Source: Paramoeba atlantica (lineage: Eukaryota > Protista > Discosea). Taken from it: a stretch of DNA of 64,000 nt. Below, in pieces: positions 57,232 through 64,000 of this stretch. The translations under genes were made by a program, and so were the position numbers. How positions within the stretch are numbered: position 1 is the first letter of the stretch; the number at the start of each line of letters is the position of its first letter. Location of the stretch: NCBI GenBank assembly GCA_977017575.1, contig CDRNVI010000032.1, forward strand, positions 1 to 64,000. The letters are read 5' to 3'. Below the pieces are notes generated by a model that had not been told where the DNA came from, ran no database searches, and saw nothing but the letters and a program-made list of their open reading frames with translations.

Positions 57232-58776
57232 TTACGAATTTGCAAGTGCCAATGCGAGATTTATGATTTCATCCCTTGCGACCCCTTCCATAGAGTCCAT
57301 CTTTCTGTTCGACAAACAGCGCAACCATTTTGACGGTATCCATGAGTATCCATAAAAAGCGCCGAGTAGTGCCCCTAACCACATAGCTACATGACTGCGA
57401 TACGGTTGTGCACCGTTCACCGCTTCCAATAGTACCGACAACGGATCGCAAGAACTTCTTAGGAATAATTGAATTACAATTCGGTAAACCTGAAAGATAG
57501 GATGTACATTTTCTGCTTCCGAAAATATAGAACGTCTAGCCTCATTGGAAGCATCCGAAAATTCATGTGGAATCGAATCTAATCTTCCCGCAAGAAAAGT
57601 CTTTAGATTTTCTAACGGATTCGCATCGACACACTTGTGCAAGTAAGAAATGGATAAGCAATGTATGTAAGCTGTGATAACAACATTCATATGAAATGTT
57701 GGAAGCAGAAACTGAGCAATGGCCCTGAACAAGTCAATTCCTGTTTTTTTAAAGGCTAAGGGAACAAGAAGTGCAACTCCTATGAGGTCTTCATGATCAG
57801 AACACATTGACGAAGGTAATGTATTTGCTAGAATATGTTCTTTGCTTTTGATATGCAAAGAATCAAATGGAAATTTTGCCTTCATGCTAGATAAATAACC
57901 TCGAGGACGTTCATGGCCCAACTCGTAAGTTAGATCTTCCCGCAGTGCAGTGTAGTTGGAAGGACAATCTTTATTCAAAATCATTCTTGTTAGTGCTAGC
58001 ATAGAAGACACTTCAGTCGAGTAGACGCCCAATGTTCTCTGAAATGATAAATCATGCCACTTCTCTTCTGGGAGTGCTGAAGAGGGTGGAAGTGCATAAA
58101 TTTCACGAACGCAAACAAACCATTTTTCCATGATTTCCGTTTTCCAGCCATCGAAGGGAATACCCAACAGGTCTCCAAAGATTCCCCCTAGGAAGGACCC
58201 AACTACTTTCGTCTCTAATTTATTCAATTCACATGTTTTGGAAAAGGAACTGTAATTTATTCTGGGAGGAGCAAGCTCATCAAAAATTTGAATTTCGGTC
58301 TTGCTTTGATGTCGCTGTACGAGTACTATGTAGGGTGCTAAATCAATATTGCGTGATAGAAGCAATACCCAAGCTTGCAAAGATTTTTTCCAGGAAAACC
58401 CAGCGAGTCTCATCAACGTATCACCATGAACCAGCGCCCGAATATATTGTAGACGCGGATCTCGAGATTCTATGGACCATGTTTCAGAGCGTTCCATTTT
58501 TAGGCCAACATTCTTAACAAAGATCAGGAGCTCTGAAAGACTAGTAAGAGAGGCATGTAGCAAAGACATAGACTGGCCTGGAGAGTCGAGATCATTATAA
58601 ATTTCCGCCATCGTTTTTAAAAATTTCTGACTCAGTTCGGTTTCTACGATTTCCACTGATGAAGAATTAGATCTACGTGGAGAATTCCAAAAAGTATCAA
58701 ATGTTTCCGACCTAGCAATAGGTATGAGAAGATCGCTTTCCTCATCGTCTTGATCAAATCTCGTGTCGTCGCTCAT
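57232..58776 (-). CDS. PUB-like domain fused to an ADP-ribosylglycohydrolase-like domain, probably catalytically dead
   Basis: GSFLGGIFGDLLGIPFDG and LGALLGAFYG..IPSKW are ARH hallmarks; N-terminal VKNV..YIRALVHGDTLMRLAGF is PUB-like. Confidence 0.7.
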   Translation of the reverse strand: MSDDTRFDQDDEESDLLIPIARSETFDTFWNSPRRSNSSSVEIVETELSQKFLKTMAEIYNDLDSPGQSMSLLHASLTSLSELLIFVKNVGLKMERSETWSIESRDPRLQYIRALVHGDTLMRLAGFSWKKSLQAWVLLLSRNIDLAPYIVLVQRHQSKTEIQIFDELAPPRINYSSFSKTCELNKLETKVVGSFLGGIFGDLLGIPFDGWKTEIMEKWFVCVREIYALPPSSALPEEKWHDLSFQRTLGVYSTEVSSMLALTRMILNKDCPSNYTALREDLTYELGHERPRGYLSSMKAKFPFDSLHIKSKEHILANTLPSSMCSDHEDLIGVALLVPLAFKKTGIDLFRAIAQFLLPTFHMNVVITAYIHCLSISYLHKCVDANPLENLKTFLAGRLDSIPHEFSDASNEARRSIFSEAENVHPIFQVYRIVIQLFLRSSCDPLSVLLEAVNGAQPYRSHVAMWLGALLGAFYGYSWIPSKWLRCLSNRKMDSMEGVARDEIINLALALANS

Positions 58777-59108
58777 AAAAGTATGCGAATCTAAAAAACA
58801 ATGTGTAATTGATTAATGCAATGGAGGTTAAAGTGCAATGGAGACGCTGTTAGCAAATGAGGCTTTCAAAATAAAAAAGAGGATGTACAAAGATTTGACA
58901 GTTAGGTACACCTGACCTAAGTACACTGTCCATCTAGGTGTGCCGGGCGTACACAGGTGCGGCGTTTGCGGGTAATTACGAAAATTTGTTTTAAAGTTGC
59001 GATAATATTCATCGATATCCTCAAATTTTCAACGATTTTGTAAAAGGTATTGGACTTGCAGAAGGTCCATATAAATTATCGCTCAGGTGTGCGTGGGTAC
59101 AAGGCTCT

Positions 59109-60254
59109 TCACTGCTTCGCCTTCTTTGTAATTTCTTCCACCCTAAAAACAGCCATTGCATGCGCCGCAAATGCCTCAAGATGAAAAATAGGCTTGGATC
59201 CAAGACGAAGTGAATGATCGTATGTGGCGGCATGTTCTATCAATTTGCTTTTCGACTCTGGAAAATTAGCAAGCTTTAGCAATGCAGTAAGAAGCTCTTG
59301 AAAAACTAATCCCGGGGGAATGCACGACCCCAACAAATCGTAAAACATGCCACGAACTTCATGCAGTTTCTTAGGCGTCTGTTCCCGTACAATACACGTC
59401 GCAATATCACGCACAGTAGTCTGCCACGTGGGCATATGAATCTTACGATTATTTTTCCACGCCGACTCCAACAACAGCAACGACCGTCGCACATTCCCAT
59501 TTGCAAGCTGCAAAATCTCCTCTCGCAGTTCCGTCGTTAGCCCTGCACTCGCCTCCCCCTCCTTTTTCAACACCGTATCCAGCAACAACGAAATCTGCGC
59601 CACCTGCGGGCACGGCACACGAATCTCCAAACACCGACTTCGAATCGGTGCAATCAACCGTCCCGTACTCTCCGCAACTAAAACCAACCGACACGTCGTC
59701 ACACATTTCTCCATTGTACGACGCAACGCTTGTTGCGCCGGTCGTGTCATTCGATCCACCTCATGCAACACTAACACACGAAAACGCGGTGGGGAGCTTA
59801 ACGAAGGCGATAACATCCCCCCTTGTTGTTTTTCCCTCTCACCTCCCCCTACACCCCCTTCCCCGGCCCGTACTATCGGGGCCGACTGCGCAATCTCCTT
59901 TAACGTGGTCATCACCACCGCTCGGTCATAACTCCCGAGTTCGGACAGATTCATCTCGGTGTGGTACGGGGAGGTGAGCGCCGTGACCTCCACGGTTTTA
60001 CTCTCGGTGACTTTCACCGATTTGTGCTCGAGCTTGAGTTTGTCTAAACGGCCAGGGGCGCTGTGGTCGGGGTCGAACAGCTCACGGAGGAGGGCGCTGA
60101 CACGGGTGCGTTTGCCGCTGCCGGGGGGACCGGTGAACAGCAGGTGGGGGAAGGCACGGCTGTGGGCGATCGCACGGAGCCGTGGGGTGAGGGAGGGGTG
60201 GAGATCGAGCTGGTCGAGCGTGCGGGGGTGTTGGGTGTCGACCCAGAGGGACAT
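59109..60254 (-). CDS. RFC3: Replication factor C small subunit (human RFC3 / yeast Rfc5 type)
   Basis: MSLWVD..P..LD.L..H, PHLLFTGPPGSGKRTR, TREAQ-like TRPAQQALRRTMEK, IRSRCL, GSKPIFHLEAF. The true start is probably the ATG at 60254. Confidence 0.93.
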   Translation of the reverse strand: MSLWVDTQHPRTLDQLDLHPSLTPRLRAIAHSRAFPHLLFTGPPGSGKRTRVSALLRELFDPDHSAPGRLDKLKLEHKSVKVTESKTVEVTALTSPYHTEMNLSELGSYDRAVVMTTLKEIAQSAPIVRAGEGGVGGGEREKQQGGMLSPSLSSPPRFRVLVLHEVDRMTRPAQQALRRTMEKCVTTCRLVLVAESTGRLIAPIRSRCLEIRVPCPQVAQISLLLDTVLKKEGEASAGLTTELREEILQLANGNVRRSLLLLESAWKNNRKIHMPTWQTTVRDIATCIVREQTPKKLHEVRGMFYDLLGSCIPPGLVFQELLTALLKLANFPESKSKLIEHAATYDHSLRLGSKPIFHLEAFAAHAMAVFRVEEITKKAKQ

Positions 60255-60513
60255 GGAGAGCAGGGAGGGGAGGGGAGGGAAGGGAAGGAGACAAAAGAAA
60301 GAAGTGAGGGAAAGAAGGAAATCTGTAAAGGAAAGAACCATTTCTGAAATGGTTGGGGTTGTGGAAAAATGGATGGAGAGATAGGGGGGATGGGGTGAGG
60401 GGTGTGGTTGAGAAAAATGATGAAAAGAGGGGGAATGCAAGGAAAACGGAGCTCAGATTGCCTTTCGACTACTTTTGTTCCTCGTTCAGGTTTTGAAAAT
60501 ATTGTCGTCCCAC

Positions 60514-61233
60514 CTATTTCGTAACAACGATCTTGGTATTAGAAATATACACCTCTACATTTTGCCTTACCATGCGAGGAAGTTGATTCACGTTTACTGT
60601 ACCTTCTAACAATTTGTTGTTATCGAATGATACGCCATCAAGATTTTCTGGAAGAGATGACAAATCTATATTTCCTTTGAATTCATTTTGACTAAAGTAC
60701 AAACCTTTTAGAGTGTTCGGAAGTGCTCCCAAATCAAGTTTCCCTGTCAATAAATTGTCACTAACGTCCAAATACAATAAACCAACAGGCAGCTGCGTAA
60801 GACATATCTCACCAGACAATTTGTTCCCCTCCATCCATGCGGCAGTCAAAAATTTTGGTAACTTGGTAAGATCCGGATTTCCTGTAAAGAGGTTTCCACC
60901 TAAGAACAAATCAGTCAACTTTACTAATGGGAAAAGATCGCTCAGTATCGCTTCTCCCGATATACGGTTTTCTTCAATATCGAAGCTCGTAGTAGAGCTT
61001 GGTATGTACACGAAATTCATGATTCCGTTCAATGTTCGACTGTTCCACTGTATTTCTGTAACTTTCTCATCTGAGTTGCATTTTATCCCATCCCACTTAC
61101 AAGCTGGGATCTCTGAACTCCAACTCTCATGTCGCGTGTGTAAACCACTTATGAGCCGTTCAAGATCCATTTCCTGCGGTACATTGAGACCACGAACTTT
61201 GGAGGGACGACGTTCTGCGAACTGGTAATCCAT
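60514..61233 (-). CDS. Leucine-rich repeat protein with an N-terminal CxWxGxxC cap
   Basis: ACKWDGIKCN cap; LxxLxLxxNxLxG-type repeats (LTDLFLGGNLFTG, LLYLDVSDNLLTG, LKGLYFSQNEFKG). Confidence 0.88.
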   Translation of the reverse strand: MDYQFAERRPSKVRGLNVPQEMDLERLISGLHTRHESWSSEIPACKWDGIKCNSDEKVTEIQWNSRTLNGIMNFVYIPSSTTSFDIEENRISGEAILSDLFPLVKLTDLFLGGNLFTGNPDLTKLPKFLTAAWMEGNKLSGEICLTQLPVGLLYLDVSDNLLTGKLDLGALPNTLKGLYFSQNEFKGNIDLSSLPENLDGVSFDNNKLLEGTVNVNQLPRMVRQNVEVYISNTKIVVTK

Positions 61234-61481
61234 TTATCGTTACTAAATATCGTTTACTTTTTATCGTTACCAAATCAAGAGCGGAAATATAGAGCAATGA
61301 GCACAAAATATTGAAAACGAATTGGTCATTACTAAAAAATACAATGTAATCAAAGTTAAGTTGTAAAATCGTACAACTAATCGCAAAAAGAAAGACGAAA
61401 ATACACAAAAAAATGGCAAGTTAAAAGTAGCAAACAACTATAGAGCTAGCGTGACGAAAATACGTACAATGAATTTTTAGG

Positions 61482-62375
61482 TTAAAAATTCACAGGAAAT
61501 TTTGAAAGAGAAACTCCTGATGATTCATCAGTTTCAATTCCAAACTCTGTTATAACTTCAGAACTAGAGCGCATATCACCCGCAATAGAGTGTATAGCAT
61601 CAACCACCATGGAACGTCGCTCTACCCATAAGCTACGCATATTTGCATATCTGTTGACTGCTTTTTCAATGTCTTCTGTGCTACTCAAAGCGCCGCTATG
61701 TTGTTTGAGAGTATCTATTCTTTCCTTAGCTTCACAAATTTTCCTTTCCGCGTCTTGGATTCTCTCTTCTAGCTGTCTAAAACTGCTCATACAGGAAATT
61801 TTACTTCGTTCAGTTTGCATCTGTTCAAATATTTTCTGCCTGCTTAAGTGCTTCTTCGACATTTCCTTTTCCTGAGATAGAAGAGACTCAAGGGAAGACG
61901 CTTTTGAATGATGTTCATCTTGATCAGTGAACTTCTCCTTTTCAGGAGAGTTAGAAAACGCGCGTTTTTGATTTGAAGTACCTTTGTGATAAAAAACTTC
62001 TGATTTGTCATTTTTCGTTCCAGGACTCATGGACATTTCCTGAACATGTTCTTGATCATCTGTCATTGGTCTATGATCCCATTTTGGATAGTAGACTACC
62101 GTTTTCCCATTATGATACGTTTTTGAATGTATCTTTTTGTTTTGAATCCACTGATCCAGCAAGACTTGTAGTTGAGTCTTCTTTACCTTCCCACCTAAAA
62201 GATTTACAGCGCTTTGAGTGACAAAAGGAATTTGATGTGCTAAAAGAGTTTGAAAAATATGCGAGTAGTCGGATGTTGTACTACTGGTTGTGTTTCGAGT
62301 ATGCGTCTTGCTACGTTGCGTAGAATTACTCGTAGATGAAGTCTTGCTGACAGATAAGGAAATGTTGGTCTCCAT
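61482..62375 (-). CDS. HOP2: HOP2/TBPIP meiotic recombination factor
   Basis: N-terminal winged helix (HQIPF..KKTQLQVLLD..KKIHSKT..KTVVY), coiled coil, C-terminal WVERRSM..EFGIETDE. Confidence 0.75.
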   Translation of the reverse strand: METNISLSVSKTSSTSNSTQRSKTHTRNTTSSTTSDYSHIFQTLLAHQIPFVTQSAVNLLGGKVKKTQLQVLLDQWIQNKKIHSKTYHNGKTVVYYPKWDHRPMTDDQEHVQEMSMSPGTKNDKSEVFYHKGTSNQKRAFSNSPEKEKFTDQDEHHSKASSLESLLSQEKEMSKKHLSRQKIFEQMQTERSKISCMSSFRQLEERIQDAERKICEAKERIDTLKQHSGALSSTEDIEKAVNRYANMRSLWVERRSMVVDAIHSIAGDMRSSSEVITEFGIETDESSGVSLSKFPVNF

Positions 62376-62819
62376 GCTAGACTTACTGTGCAGTGCTATT
62401 TCATGTCAACATGCTTTTTCGTAAAAACTTAAAGGAAGAGGAAAATCCGAATCTATCAAAACTAGTGCTGTCAAAAAACTATTTCATGACAGTTGGCAAC
62501 GAACTCATATTCAAGACTAAACCTTTACCTAACTTGTGAGGTTTGTATAAGATTACGTAACTCAATAGGCGTGAATTTATGCAACACCCCTAAAGATTAT
62601 GACTATAAAATCATATTCGAACTACGTGATGAGTGATTCACATAAAAAGTAAATCTACAACGGATTACTAAAAACTCTTAAAAACCAGAATTAGCTATTC
62701 AAACTGTCGAGTTCCGCTCACTAGTTATGTGTATCTAAACCGTAAACCCTGCTATCTAACGACCACTAAGACTACTTTGTTAAGATCCAATAAATAGGAT
62801 ACAAAAGCAGACGAATCGA

Positions 62820-64000
62820 CTAGGCTTCAATTTCCTCGAATTTTTCCAGAGTTTCCCTGATCGATGCAAAGTATTCAATATCCTGAAACAGCTGAGGGGG
62901 GCTACCCGCACGTACACGATACTTCGGTACCGCATCCATCCCCGACAGGGACTGTGAGATCCACCGAATTTGTACATATTCGTTCGGATGTGAGATTTGT
63001 GTACGTCCGTTTGAGAGTCGCATCATGTACCACCGCGGGTCTTCATTTACAAAGTCAAAGAAGAACTTTCGTACGTACACCACACGCTCGGGACAAGACA
63101 CCCCTTCCTGATACGTACCGATACTTTGCGCGTAATCCGCAAGCACCCGAACAAGCGTCGAGATTGTCGCGTTTCGTGTTGCTTCCGACTCCCGCAGCGT
63201 TTGTATCGTATCAGTATACACAGTGTGTACATAGGGATGGGGATGCTGCGCTCGGGAACCCTCATTTTGGTTTACCGTGGGAATATAATACACCATCCGC
63301 TGCCCCAGATCATGCACAATCGCGCTGGTCTGTTCCTGAATCGGATCCATAATTAACGCCCCGTAACAATTCACCTGACACTGATACAAAAAGTACACCA
63401 AATTTTCCTCCTGCACCACTTGATAATGCTGAATCCACCCCTCTAATCGCGAAATCTCCTGCGGGATAATCAGACCTGCGTTGGACGACACCGCAGAAGC
63501 CGCACGTGTCAACGCACTCGAAGAGCTTGACTGGGATCGTCGTGTCATCCCATGGCTCTCCCCCTTTTCGACTTCCTCCCCCTCTCTCCTTCCCCTCCCC
63601 GGCCCCCCCTTCCGTAGTTTCGACGACGGGGTGCCATGCTCCCCCGCCGGGGGCTTGGACCCTACGGGGGAGGCCGGCGTGAAGGCTGCAGCTAACGGAG
63701 AGGAGGGCTGACCTTTTCTTGAGCGACTCGAGACAGCAGCAGCAGCACGCGAAGAGGACCCCGCTGAGGGGGAACCCGTAAGAGATAAGGAAGCCACAGT
63801 ACTGCTGACCCTCTCGGGGAACTCGGGGGCTATAACCTCATGGGGGGCTGTGATACGAGAGGGGGAGGGGGGGAGGTGGTGAGACGAGATAGCGTCGGGA
63901 TGTTGTGTGTGAAGGGATGGGGTTACTGCTGCTGTGTTGGTTGTTGTTGCTGTTGTGGTTCCAAGGCTGTTGTTGGGATGTTCGTTTAAGGGTTCGGGTA
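62820..64000 (-). CDS. C-terminal part of a larger protein with a divergent polo-box-like domain; 5' end lies outside the window
   Basis: Frame has no stop from 63797 to the window edge (checked codon by codon); low-complexity linker then GWIQHY..Y..YGAL and VVYVRKF..MRLSNGRTQI, resembling polo boxes. Confidence 0.55.
   Translation of the reverse strand, partial: PEPLNEHPNNSLGTTTATTTNTAAVTPSLHTQHPDAISSHHLPPSPSRITAPHEVIAPEFPERVSSTVASLSLTGSPSAGSSSRAAAAVSSRSRKGQPSSPLAAAFTPASPVGSKPPAGEHGTPSSKLRKGGPGRGRREGEEVEKGESHGMTRRSQSSSSSALTRAASAVSSNAGLIIPQEISRLEGWIQHYQVVQEENLVYFLYQCQVNCYGALIMDPIQEQTSAIVHDLGQRMVYYIPTVNQNEGSRAQHPHPYVHTVYTDTIQTLRESEATRNATISTLVRVLADYAQSIGTYQEGVSCPERVVYVRKFFFDFVNEDPRWYMMRLSNGRTQISHPNEYVQIRWISQSLSGMDAVPKYRVRAGSPPQLFQDIEYFASIRETLEKFEEIEA

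Noticed and set aside
60255-60440. 63-aa N-terminal extension of RFC3 in the ORF track
   Set aside because: Starts at a non-ATG codon and translates the polypyrimidine tract; the conserved MSLWVD start is at 60254.

Overview
Eukaryotic genomic DNA in two sharply different parts. (1) ~1-48.7 kb is a nested mobile-element region. It holds two tRNA-headed SINE families (9 and 4 copies, many with clear target-site duplications), remnants of two RTE-like non-LTR retrotransposons carrying RNase H, and a CRE-like REL retrotransposon. It also holds a split IS30-like transposase, a DDE_Tnp_4 (Harbinger/ISL2EU-like) transposase and several TA-flanked MITEs. A ~10-kb Helitron-type RepHel locus, interrupted by three retro-insertions, is followed by a 6.5-kb tandem array of a ~0.9-1 kb Helentron/HINE-like element that ends in a ~100-bp palindrome; a 27-bp minisatellite lies further right. 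(2) ~48.8-64 kb is a compact, intron-less run of host genes, all on the minus strand: RCC1-repeat protein, eIF3a, ELG1/ATAD5-like, PUB+ADP-ribosylglycohydrolase-like, RFC3, an LRR protein, HOP2 and a polo-box-like protein cut by the window edge. Polypyrimidine tracts precede some of these genes. This layout suggests a kinetoplastid-like polycistronic unit (inference; species not determined). Best leads: structured tRNA-SINEs sharing a core, the IS30-like transposase in a eukaryote, the Helitron/HINE palindrome system with recurrent breaks in the palindrome loop, a retro-born (GAA)n tract, and three intragenic GC islands with a C-to-G skew switch. All domain calls are motif recognition by eye; no searches were run.
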